The notes under the pieces are model-generated. The model did no database searches. It worked only from the letters and a program-made list of their open reading frames with translations, and was not told where the DNA came from. Below are positions 25,342 to 37,000 of a DNA stretch of 64,000 bases, piece after piece; within the stretch, counting starts at the first letter, position 1, and every line of letters starts with the position of its first letter. This stretch comes from Protoeuglena noctilucae. Its lineage: Eukaryota. Location of the stretch: the NCBI GenBank assembly GCA_958009085.1, contig OY253668.1:2046001-2110000 (forward strand). The letters are read 5' to 3'. Both the position numbers and the translations under genes were made by a program.

Positions 25342-27599
25342 CTAGGGCTGGTGGAAAGAGTCTCGGTCGGCCGTCTCGGTGCCGCCGGGCGTGGGTGGCG
25401 GGTTGAAGACGCGGGCGCGCAGGGAGGCGCCGGGCGCGAGGGGCTCCCCGTGGGCCACGGGCGAGTGCGACACCACGGCCCAGTCCACGCTCCCCGCACC
25501 GTCGCCGTTCACCGCCACGGCCGGGGCCGGGCCGCCCGCGACAGGGGCGGCGCCCATCAACTGCGGGCGCACAGAGGGGGTGTTTGGATGAGTTTAGCAG
25601 TGAAGCCGCGGCACCCTGCGCCCCGACCGATTCTGCCCGGCATCTGTGCGCCACGCCACAGCGGCTGAGACCCTGAGAAAGCGCTGCCCAGCCACCGCAG
25701 CCACTCGCCTTCTTCTTTCCCCCCTCGACGTCGTAGGCCTGCTGCAGCTCCCTGGCCCTCTGCGCCCCGACGTCCTCCTTCTCGTCCTGCATGAAACGCC
25801 AAGATGTTTAAGTGAGCGACAGATAGACATCGACATCGAACATTGATGACGCTGCAGCGTCGTTGGCGGGACGGGGATGGAACGGGGACACAACGACGAC
25901 GCTGGGTTAGTGAAGTTGCTGCCACCGGCACCCCTCGCTCGCCTGGGCCAGCCACCACGCCACGACCGCCGAGTCGATGAGCAGCTGCGCCACGTAGACG
26001 ACCGTGGGGGGGATGGCCATGAGGCCGTGGTTGCCCAGCTCCTTGGGAAGGAAGGACACGACGGTCAGCACCACGGGGAGCGCCTTTTGCGACGGCAGGA
26101 TGACGCAGCAGCGGAAGTCCCTCTGCGGAGAGGGTGGCGAGTGGAAGCAGTGTGCGACGAGGATGGGGGTGGTCTGGCGGTACTGAGTAGGCTGCTGGGC
26201 TCTTGCCAACCGTGCAGCATCCACTTCCAGCACCCCACTCAGCCCGCGGTCGCCGGCTGTCACCTTGTTGAGGCGCAATATGTAGCAGAAGGCGGCGTTC
26301 ATGGCCAGCCACACCAGGTGGAGTGCCACCATGGCCAGGGCCGCCACGATGATGTCCTTGGGGGGCGTGGTGACGAACTTGTGCTGGGCCTTGGAGACGC
26401 TCATCCAGACGATCCAGATGAGGAAGAAGTTGACGGTGAGGCCGATTGCGATCTTGCGTTCGTTGGCAAACTTCAGCACGAACGGGATGAGGTCGCGCGC
26501 CGCCTGGGGAGCGGGCGAGGGGTGGCAGGCGTGAGATGGGCGAGAGGAGGTCTCCGCCCGCACCGTTGCGGGACCGCCGCTTTGGGTTGGGTTGGCTCGC
26601 GCAGTGCGGAACGGCAGCGTTGCGACGTGCCACCCCAACCGGCCACGCAGTGCGACCAGGGCAGTCCCGCGGCCGCCCATCGCGTGTCTCACCTTGCCAA
26701 TGAGGCACGGCCCCAGGACGACGGTGACGAGTTTGATGAGGAGCTGGATGGGGTTGAGGGTGCTCTTGGCCCCCGAGGTGGCCGTGTTGAGGATGGCCTG
26801 GAAGAGAAAGGGCGTGGTGCCGACGCCGAGGATGTTGGTGCCGGCAGTCAGAAGAAGCGCCAGGGCGCTGTTGCCGTTGCCCTGGGTGACGAGGGTGACG
26901 CCCATGGTGAGGGTCGTGGGCACCACGCAGAAGAGGGCCGCGCCGATGCGGAACTCGTCGGGGGTGAGCGGCACGCGGATCATGATGAAGCCGTAGAGGC
27001 CGGTGATGCCCAGGATGGAGATGATCGGGAACACCAGTGACTGCGGGGGACAGGGCGGACGTGCGCAGGTATTACTCAGCGTCGGGTGGAGCACCAAGCC
27101 AGCCGTGACGAGGAGTGATGGTGCACACACAACGGCACACCTTGGGGTGCTTGAAGGCGTCCATCATCTCGTCCGTCTTCAGCGACATCCCTTGCAGGAA
27201 GAAGATGAGGCTGATGAGGATGGTAGACATGATGTCGAAGTGCCCGGCGCCGCGCTGGTTGGCCAAATATTTACCCGGGAGAGGCCTGCGCGAAGCGTAC
27301 GGTGGCTCGTTCGGCCTCAAAGCCAGTGTACAGCGCCGATCAACAACCAGCCCTCTCCTCACTGACCACACGAGCCCCCAGATCAGCGCGATGATGATCC
27401 CGATGGGCAGGAAGTGCTTGATTAGCTTCTTTTGGTACCATGCCCACGTGCTGAGGTCCGCCCAGCTCGGGAAGACGCTCTTGGCCGCGGACGCCGCCCC
27501 CTGCATGAAGGAGCTCTTGACCAGCCGCGCTGTCGAGCGCTCCGAAACCTCGGGGTTCATCGACGCCGTGGATGGCACCGCATGCAGTGATTGCACCAT
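25342..27599 (-). CDS. Sodium/bile-acid symporter family (BASS4 / SBF-like) transporter, copy B
   Basis: Paralogue of 20622-22806: KHFLPIGIIIALIWGLVW, LIFFLQGMSLKTDE, FCVVPTTLTMG, VILPSQKALPV. The last exon is inferred via a GC donor near 25709. Confidence 0.9.
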
Positions 27600-28142
27600 C
27601 TTCCCCCTGCACGGTGGAGATGTTGCGCATGATGGGCCAGCAACTTTCACATGTTGGTTCTAAAATGCCATCGGCGCGTTCCCTGTTTCCCCAAACGCGC
27701 CAGGTGGCGCGGGAGGCGACGCGGCACAAACGGACGTGGGACCCAACGCCTCTCGGCCCGCGCCTCACGGACCTCGGGGCTGGACGAGTCCAGATGAGGC
27801 CATGCACGGGCTTGGGGTGCCCGTGACAGCGCGGATAGGCGCAACCCGGCCCTGGCAGGCTGGTCCCAACGGTGCGCCCGGGCGTTAAACCGTGGAACGA
27901 CACACGTGGGCACAATTGCTTCCTTAAAACACGGTAAACGTCGAGTTTCATCGCCAAGTGCCGAAGGCGCAGTGCACTCACCCCCTCCTGCTGGCACAGG
28001 CTGTCCTGGGCACGCGAGGGACGCGGAACAGATCTTGATGTCGATTGCGATGTACGCCACCGAATGACAAGCCGGGGGGCGAGCCCAGCGCGAAGAACGG
28101 CCCGCCCTTGACCGAAACTGCCGTTTCAAACGGTTTCAAACG

Positions 28143-30529
28143 CTAGCCGTGCCCGACCTCGACTGCCGCGCTGCCCCCGCCCCGCTTTCGGGTAGCCGCA
28201 TGCCCTAGGCCCGGGCCCGGCAGGCCCTCCCGGTAGTAGGCCACCACCTCGGGAGGGTAGAGGGCGTTGATGTCGGCCATATAGCGCCGCCCCTCCTCCT
28301 GCAGCAAGTGGTCCAGCGTTTGCAGCCGCAGCATGGCCCCCGACGTCACGAACGATCGCCGCGCGTCCACTGCGAGGGAGCACGTCGCGAGTGGCACTCG
28401 CGTCGGGCGTCGTCCCGGCCACCGCAGCCCTGTGCGATGGGCGTGCCGCAGCCCTCACCCGAGTCGTGGAGCGCCTGGCACAGCTCCCGCAGCACCACGT
28501 CCAGGGCCTCCGGGGGCGTGTCGACGTGCACGAGCGCCTCGAGGGCCGTGTGGCTCTCGCAGTTCTCGCAGATGGCCACCAGCGCCTCCATGGTGTTGGC
28601 CTGCGCCTGCCGCCCGTGCTCCACCTTGGCGTGCGTGGCCAGCAGGGACCCGAGCACCCCCTTCATCGCCAGCGGCCGCGCGCACTCGCGCCCGTGGTGC
28701 GCCACCCGCGTCGTCATCCACCCGATGGCCGCCAGCACCTCCTCGTCCGCGCTCGTCTCGCTGTAGCCCAGGAGCTCCTCCACCGCCCCGCTGTCACCCA
28801 CGGCGCGCGCCAGCGTGCTTGCCACGTTGGCGACGTGCCCCAGCGCGAGAATCGCCGACGTGGCCTCCCGGGGCGTGTGCCGCTCCAGCTGTATGAAACG
28901 CACCAGGCCCGCGATGTCGCCGGACTCGACCAGCTCGTAGCACTGCCGACCCTCGTTCTTGACCTGCGGGGAACCCGGGCACGGGCGGGAGTGGGATTGG
29001 GCGACGCGCGTCCACCGACTGTGGTGCCGAGCTGGGAGGGCTGCAATTGTCACCTGCTGATAGACGAGGTTGGCAGCGGCCCTGCGCAGGCGCGGCTGCT
29101 GCACGCTGAGGTGCCGCGCGGGGAGGAAGATGCTCTTGGGGATCGTGAGCACCTGGCTGGCGAGCTGCTGCGAGTACTTGCATATCTGGGCCAAGCAGGA
29201 CAGCAGCTGCGAGCGGGACGAGGGGGCGCGGAGGCAATGGAACGGTGCGCCCCGCCACCACGGCATGGTATCACCAGCAGCGTCTTCTGTGCCGACTCGC
29301 CTCAGCCAGCACGACCGGCTCGTGCTCGCTCATCTCCGCGGCGCGCCACAGCGTCGGCACGCTCCCCGAGTTGACGATGGCGGCCGCGAACTCCTCGCCG
29401 TGCGCGCACGTGTCGGAGATGGTGGCCGCGATGGCGTCCTTGAAGCCCGGCTTGACGGGCCGGAGCTCTGGGGCGGTCGTCACGAGGCGGCACGTCGCAC
29501 GCGCCATGGTGCACGCGACGCTCATCGGAACGACCCCGCTGCGTCTAGCGATGCCATGCTTGTACCCACTCACCGAGCAGCTTCACCATGGTCTCGAGCA
29601 TGTCCCCGCCCATGACGTCCGAGGCCAGGTCGGGGTCGGCGGCCACCAGCACGTTGAGCGTCTTGACGGCGTGTTCCCGCACCCCCGGGTCCTGCTGCTC
29701 CAGCTGCAGGCGAATGACCTCCACCACCCCCGCGTCAATCACGGCCTGCGGGCGCGCGGAAGGAGAGGCGGGCAATGCGGCGGGTAAGCGCAACCACGGG
29801 CGCGCGGCAAGCGCGGCACTCGCGAGTCCCTCGCCTTGGCCGTGCTCACGCCCTCCCGCGCGATGGCCCGGATGGCCTGGTGCGCCGCCTGCTGCACCGA
29901 GGGCTTGGCGTCCGACACGGCATCCAAGACGTCGTCGAGCGTCCCCTGGCGCACCAGCGCCTCCGCCATGTGCTCGGTCCCTCGGGCCACGGCCGCTAGG
30001 GACTTAAGCGCCCCGACCTGAATGCCTGCGGGGGCACAGAATGCAAAGCGTGCCCCGTGCGTGACCCTCGATTGGCTGAGCGCTTGGCTGGAAGGTTCGG
30101 TGCAAGGCGAAGATGCAGTGGGGCACATGTCTAGGACCACCCACCCGGGGAGGGGTCCAGGATGAGGGGCTTGGTGAGGAGGCGAACGATGTCATTCTCC
30201 AAAAGGTCCTTCAGCGCCTCGTTCGAGTCGCGCCGGAGGAAGAGGAGGTTCTGCAAAGCAAAAGACGCAGCGCGGGGGATGAGGCGGTCCCCGCGGATCC
30301 CGGCGCTGCGCAGGCACCGCCGGCATGCTGGTGGGGCGCTCGAAAGCGGGGTCTCCAGAGCACGTGGCGAGAGGGTCGAGTACCCCCGCGCATCTCCGTA
30401 CACAAAGGGGTGTGTGCATGCCAAATTCGCCGAGCCGAGCACCTGCACGCCCTCCACGAAGCGTGACCGGGCCACGCGGTACTCCCGGACGAGCCTCGCG
30501 ATCGCGCCGGTGTTCTCCTCGTCCCCCAT
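28143..30529 (-). CDS. Armadillo-repeat protein, divergent SPAG6/PF16-like
   Basis: N-terminal EYRVARSRFVE, ARM repeats (SCLAQICKYSQQLA, LALGHVA) and C-terminal FVTSGAMLRLQ...INALYPPEVVAYY, paralleling SPAG6 FVTSGGL...INSCYPEEIVRYY. Confidence 0.8.
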
Positions 30530-30801
30530 TCCGCGCCACAGCAACCGCTCCTACGCGCGCCCTTCTCGGGGCGCTAGAAGTGCGCCGTATGGCCTGCGCG
30601 AGCCGCACATGCCAGGGGGGAGTTTTGCGGCGCTGCCGGGGACGAGGAGGGGTGGGTGGGTTCGCCGAGCTCGCCGGAGCCTCAGAGCAGCGAAGTGAAC
30701 GCGCCTGGAAGCTCCCGCCGTCCCTCGCGACCCGAGGGCCGGTTCACCTCGCCAGTTCGAAGCCAGAAGTGTCGAGGTCGCGCGGTCATCCGGGCGGGCC
30801 G

Positions 30802-31907
30802 ATGCCTCCGCGGCGTAGACCATCCGGCTCCACAGCGCTTATTGAGCTCGTCTGCCATTGCCTGCCCCGCTTCTGTGCACCGGGCGCGAACGGGCCTGTC
30901 AGCGGCCGATTTCCTGGCCTTCGGGCGTCTGCGAGAGGAGGCTGCGTGCAACGATGGGCGACGAGTTCGGGGCTGACGCATGTGAGATCGGGATCGCCGG
31001 CGAGCGCCGGGTCCCAGTGTTTCCTTGTCGACGTGGCCCCGGGGAGCGTCCCCGGCTGTTCTAGTCGCCTGGCGTTGATCCATTTCATCGAGGAGGAGGA
31101 GATCTGGCTCGGATGTGGCCGCGTCGACCGGCTTCGGCTGATTGGGCGCGGCCCGGCCGACCCTCCTCGCCCCGCGCGCCCTCCCGCTTCGGCCAGCCGG
31201 GATGCGCTTGTATTTCTGCGGGCGACCGGATCCTCCCACGGCGCCGGCTTGGAGCGCGATACACGTCCCGCTGGCCCTTTTTTGGAGCTTGCCACCAGTT
31301 TGCCTCGCCTTCCCGCCAGGGCACTCGCCCTCGGTCCTTCGAGGACCCCCCCTGCATGTCTTGGCGCTTCCGCACGCCACGGCGGGTGCGCCGGCTGAGA
31401 GACCCGGCGGAACACCTCGATCTGGTACCGTGCCCTGGCTCGGACTCGCCTGCAGCTCACCTCCGGGGTCCGATCGCCCCCGCAGCGCACCCCGCGGAAG
31501 GCCTCGGTACTCGCGGCCGCGGGCGTGGCTACCGTGGCCGCGGGCGGCGCGGCCGGGGCCGGGGCCGGTCTGGCCCGCCGCGCGAGGGCGAGGACGTGGC
31601 GACCTGGGAGGGCAACGGCGACGAGAGGCCGAACAGGCGAGGGAGCTGTCGGGGATCGCCTGCCAGGCAATGCCGCTTGCAGCTGGAGGGGGGAAGAGGT
31701 TCTGATGAGACGCGCCTGTGCTTCCTGGCCTGCAGGCGCGTCCAGGGGGAGTTCGTCCACAAGCTGCAGTCGATGGTGCGTACTCCCGGCGAGGACTTCC
31801 CGGCCAGACACGACGACGCGCCCGCGCTGCACGATGCGCCCAACGGGGGCGACGAGTCGGGGGCGGGCCGCCGGCGCGGCAGGGGCCGCGGGCGGGGGCG
31901 CCGGGGG
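30802..31907 (+). CDS. Hypothetical RG/RGR-rich protein, exon structure uncertain, truncated by the assembly gap
   Basis: Open frame with two GRGRGR tracts (TRGRGRGYRGRGRRGRGRGRS; GRRRGRGRGRGRRG) running into the N gap; no recognisable family. Confidence 0.35.
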
Positions 31908-32107
31908 NNNNNNNNNNNNNNNNNNNNNNNNNNNNNNNNNNNNNNNNNNNNNNNNNNNNNNNNNNNNNNNNNNNNNNNNNNNNNNNNNNNNNNNNNNNNN
32001 NNNNNNNNNNNNNNNNNNNNNNNNNNNNNNNNNNNNNNNNNNNNNNNNNNNNNNNNNNNNNNNNNNNNNNNNNNNNNNNNNNNNNNNNNNNNNNNNNNNN
32101 NNNNNNN
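31908..32107. other. Assembly gap (200 N)
   Basis: Run of n characters. Confidence 1.
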
Positions 32108-32344
32108 AAATCGTTGGCTGAGTGTGTGCCGGCAAACCCTTACTCTGGCAGGGGCAAACCGAACTTCCGGGCTTCCGGGGGTCAGCTGGGAGCACCGCCC
32201 CCGCTGCAGAAATAGTCCGCGTCACCACAGCCGCGTTCCTCGGCTTCACTCGCTGGTCGCGTGCGGACCGAGCAGAAGGCGGACAGGGCGGGCTCAGGGA
32301 GACGTAGAGGGGTCTTGTTAGTCGCTGAGCAGAGGCAGTAGAGG

Positions 32345-33708
32345 ATGCAGGGCACGTTCGCGGGGTCGTGCGTCCAGCACGGGCGGGTGGGGCCGGTCGC
32401 CTCGAGGACGGCGTGCGTCCGGGTGCGTTTCGGCGGTGGCCCCGGGTGCCGATGGATGTAATCGTCGCCGTGGCGTCGGCGAGCCGGTCCCGTAGCGCCC
32501 TGGCCTGGCCCCTCGCCTCGTTTCGTGGCCAGCGAGAGCTTGGGAGGCCGGCGCGGCGCGAGCTGGCCCCGGCGTCCTCCTCCCGCAGGTTCGCGCCGCC
32601 ACGGTGGCCCAGCCGGTTCAGGTGGAGGTGAAGAAGCTGGACGGCTCCTCGGCGGGCACGGCTCCCGTCTCCCTGCGCGTTGCCGACGCCGACTCGTACA
32701 AGGGTGTCGTTCATCGGTACTTGACGTATGTGCGCAACAGCTTGCGCCAGGTGAGACCCCCGGCGCGCGGCGCCGGCCGCGTCGGCCGCCCAGGTGCCTG
32801 CAATCCGTTCGCGCGGGCCCGCCGGGGACCTGCGCGGGGCTGGCGTGCCTCCGCGCGACGTCCTTGTCTCGCCGACGCTCCACCGGGAGGGCTGGGGGCG
32901 TCGCGGGGCCGGCCCCGGGCCGACGCGGGGCCCAAACGCGCGGCGCCAGTCCTCACGCCGGCCCCCTCCCCGCGCGCAGGGGTCGGCCAACACCAAGACG
33001 CGGTCGGAGGTTCGGGGCGGTGGCAAGAAGCCCTACGCGCAGAAGGGCAACGGCACGGCGCGGCGCGGCTCGCAGCGCACGCCGCTTCGGGTGGGCGGGG
33101 GCATCACGTTCGGTCCCAAGCCCCGCGACTTTTCGATCGACATGAACCGCAAGGAGCGCCGCCTGGCGATGGCGACGGCGCTGCAGTCGGCGGCGGGCCC
33201 GTCGATGGTGGTGGCGGAGGACCTGTCCGGGTGGGAGCAGATGAAGACGAAGGCGCTGGTGGAGGCTCTGGCGGGGATGGGCGCGGACCCGATGCAGGAG
33301 CGCGTGCTCATCGTGACCGGGCAGTACAACGAGGCGCTGCTGCGGTCGGCCCGCAACGTGGCGCGGCTCGAGGCGTGCACGGTCGACAACCTCAACATCA
33401 TCGACGTCCTCAAGGCCAAGAAGGCGAGGGTGGATGGGGGCACTTGACAACTAAGGGAGGGATGTGGAACATGCTGATCGGGAGAGAGAGATGCGGGGGT
33501 GGCAGGGAGGGGGCTGGCCAGCTGCGGTGGTGACCGCCGCATGGGGGCTGAGGGTGACTGTTGCTGTTGACCGACACAACACGCATCTCATTTGTCGCAG
33601 ATCGTGATGGACAAGGAGGCCCTGGCCCAGGTGTTGGAGTTCTACGGCCCGGAGGGGGAGGGGTTCCGCTCCCACTACGCGGCGGGCGAGGCTGCGGCGG
33701 CCAACTGA
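32345..33708 (+). CDS. RPL4: Plastid 50S ribosomal protein L4 (nuclear-encoded, transit peptide)
   Basis: GVVHRYL..RQ|GSANTKTRSEVRGGGKKPYAQKGNGTARRGSQRTPLRVGGGITFGPKPRD..MNRKERRLA; SARNV. Confidence 0.97.
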
Positions 33709-34011
33709 ACTCGCACATGGGTGGTAGCGTGGGGGGTGCGTGAGCAGGGGCGGGGGCGAGGGACCCGCCGAGCGATCCCCGTCGATGCCGGCGCGCCTCG
33801 TTTGAATTCAAACCGCGTCACTGGTCGACGGGTTGTGCATCCGGTGTGCGAGGGGCAACGACGCGCCCCGAGAGGCATGTGCGACATTGCAGTCCGACCA
33901 CAGACGAGGGAACGACGCCAACAAGACACGAGCGCACACACCCCGCGCCATGTCAACAACCCAACGCCGCCACCCGCACTCCGCATCGCCCTCTCCCCTT
34001 CCCGTCCCTCC

Positions 34012-37000
34012 TCACAGCTTGGCCCCCCGGCCCCCCTCGGCCTCCGCCTCTGCCCCCGGCATCCCCGCCTCCTCCACCGACGCCCCCGCCCCCCCCCTGC
34101 AGAACCTCTCGAGCCAGTGATCCATCTCGTACAGCGCGTGCATGACGCTCTCCCTCCCCTCGTAGCCGTGGGACTCGTGGGGGAGGATGACCAGGCGCGT
34201 GGGGGCGCCGTGGCCCTTGAGAGCCTGCGAGGCACAGAAAGAGGACGGGGGGAGCACGTATGATATCATAATATCACTCCTTTCTCTGCCAGGTGTTCGG
34301 CCACGGGTACCCTCAGCCCTTGCAGGCCGCCTTTGAGCCGAGTACAAGTCATCGAACACACCACCCCCACCCCCTCTCCTCACCTGGTAGAACCTCTTGC
34401 TTGTGACCACTACAACCCACACACCCACCACCACCCTGCCTTCACACACCCCCACACACACCACCCCTCCCCCTCCCCTCCTCTCACCTGGTAGAACCTC
34501 TCGCTCTGCATGGGGAAGGTGCCCGGGTTGGGGTCGTCCTCCCCGTGTATGAGCAGCAGGGGGGTCTTGATCTTGTTGGCGTGCATGTAGGGAGACATGG
34601 TGGCATAGGTTGATGGCGCCTGCCACAGCGTGCGCTCCTCCGCTTGGAAGCCGAAGGGCGTGAGGGTGCGGTTGTAGGCTCCCGACCTGGCGATGCCGCA
34701 CGCGAAGAGGTCGCCGCAGTGGGCCAGGAGATTGGCGGTCATGAAGGCGCCGTAGGAGTGGCCGCCCACGGCGATGCGGGAGGGGTGCGCCACGCCCTGA
34801 AGGGGGGGGGGAGGGGTGAGAGAGGAAGGGTGGGTGCGACGGTGGAAGTGACTCACAGTAACAACCGTGCCGGTGACAGGGCATGGTTACATAACATGCG
34901 ATGGTCGCCATTCACGACAGCATGGGTCGCGTCGGCACATCCCCATCCATCGCGCCCACCATGCATCCGCCCCCTCTCCGCAGCACTCGCCTTGTCCACC
35001 ACTGCCTTCACCGCCGCCCTGGCGCTCATCGTCAGCTGCTCCACGTATCGGTCGTTGGCCTCCTCATCCCCCTCCCCGATGATCGGCATCGTGGGTCCGT
35101 CCAGCACCGCAAAGCCCCTCGCCAGCCACAGCGTGGGGGAGAGAGAGCCGATGCCACTGAAACGGTAGGGCGAGCGGCGCACCTGCCCCGCGGCCTCCTT
35201 GGATTTGAATTCGCGGGGGTAGGCCCACTGGGGGAGACATAAGGGGGTGGGGGGGGTGAGGGGGGTGGGGGGAGTGAGGAGGGTTAGGGGGGTGAGGCAG
35301 ACATGCGGGGTGAGAGGACCCCGTGCGTGAGTGCGGTCACTTTTATGCCCACATGTCCGCAGGCACTTCCACTCGCCACGCTCCGTCATGCCATGCCATG
35401 CAATCTCACGCAACTGTCAAGCACACCCAAACTGTGTCATGCACACATAAGTCACGTCATGCACTCCCCTCCACTCGCCAGGATGCACGGCAGGGGCCCG
35501 TCCCTCTGCCTGTCGTAGTTGGGCGGCAGGTACAGCGTGGCGTTGAGCTCCACGCCGTCCTCCCTGGTGTAGCGCAGGACCTCCTTGGAGTGGTCACTGC
35601 GATCAGAGATATCATGCATAGTGGTGGAAATGAGTATTGATGAGTCACTTACAAGGGTGGGTGACCTGGATGAGAATCGATGCATCGATGCGTGTGTTGT
35701 CATGCGCCATCATACGGCACCGTATGGTCGGGTAAGGGTGCATTTACTCAAACCATATGACCACATAACATATCATGCTGCTCACCGGATGGTGGGGTAA
35801 GGGTGGGGGAAGAAGGTGATCTGCTGGTCGGTCCAGGTGGCCGCGCACGGCAGCAGGGCACACGCCTCCTCGGTCGTCCCATCTGCCCTCTCAATGGGGA
35901 GGGGGGTGGGGGGGGAGGAGGGGTCGAGCGTCAAGGTGGCGATGTGTTGCTGCAGAGATGGGGGGGGGGGTGAGTGGGAGTGAGGCGGAGTGGCGTGATG
36001 AATAGCTGTCAGGCGTGGCGGTGGGAGTGAGGGTGGCGGTGCGAGTGGTGCAGTGGTGGCTAGCTGCGAGACAGCCCTGCGCATCCCACCACCCCTCTCT
36101 CATCTCTGCCTCGCCCACCCCTCTCCTGCTCCCTTCCCACACCCCCTCTCTGCACTACCCCTCTTCACCCCACCTCTCCCTCTCCTCTCTCGCCTGCGGT
36201 GGGTCCTGTGGCGTCTCCCGCGTGAGCATGAACTGCAGTCCGTGGACGCTGTCGTATCGCCTGGATCGATCCACGTTAAACAGGGAACCCATGGCCTCGT
36301 AACGCTCCCCGGTGCACTGCCACAGGCGCTGTCTGCATGGGGGGGGAGTGGGTGAGGGGGGGGTGAGGGTGAGGGAGTGAGAGCGTGAGGGTGAGCGTGC
36401 ATGCGAGTGTGGCGAGTAGTAAACACAGCCGCCATTGTCCCTCCATCATATATCTCCCCATGCATCCCCCCTCGCCTCTTCCTGGTCTCCAGGTCGAAGA
36501 TGTCCAGGAAGGGCCGAGACCCCTTAGGGGACGCACCGTCGCCCTCCATCAGGAGCTTCCTGGGAGCGGGGAGAGACGCAGTTACGATCACAGTCATTGT
36601 CAGAGTCACATTGACACAGTCACAGTTACAGTCACAGTCACAGCCACACAGTCATAATCACGAGGTGATTGCTCAAGTCAGTCCCACACGGTCGCGCGTG
36701 TACCCTACCCTAGCCACTACACTAGGAGAGCGATCGATAGAGGCTCTCCCCCATCATTCCCTTCACCTGCCCCCCATCTCCCCTTCCTTAGGGTCAATGA
36801 CCATCAGCACGTAACGGTCCAAGGCATTCTTACGAAGCACGGGGCTGCCGGGGCTGGTGTACGAGTCCTGGGGGGGAGGGGGGGTAAGGCAACGCATTGA
36901 AATGCACGGTGTGGGGTGCGTGGCAATGCCATGACACAGCAGCGTGCGGGGATCTCTGGTGTGCAACATCACCCTGGATCGTCACCATGCGTGACCGCTG

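Noticed and set aside
30786..33026. 746-aa minus-strand ORF
   Set aside because: It spans the N gap, lies antisense to RPL4 and has R/P/A-rich shadow-ORF composition.
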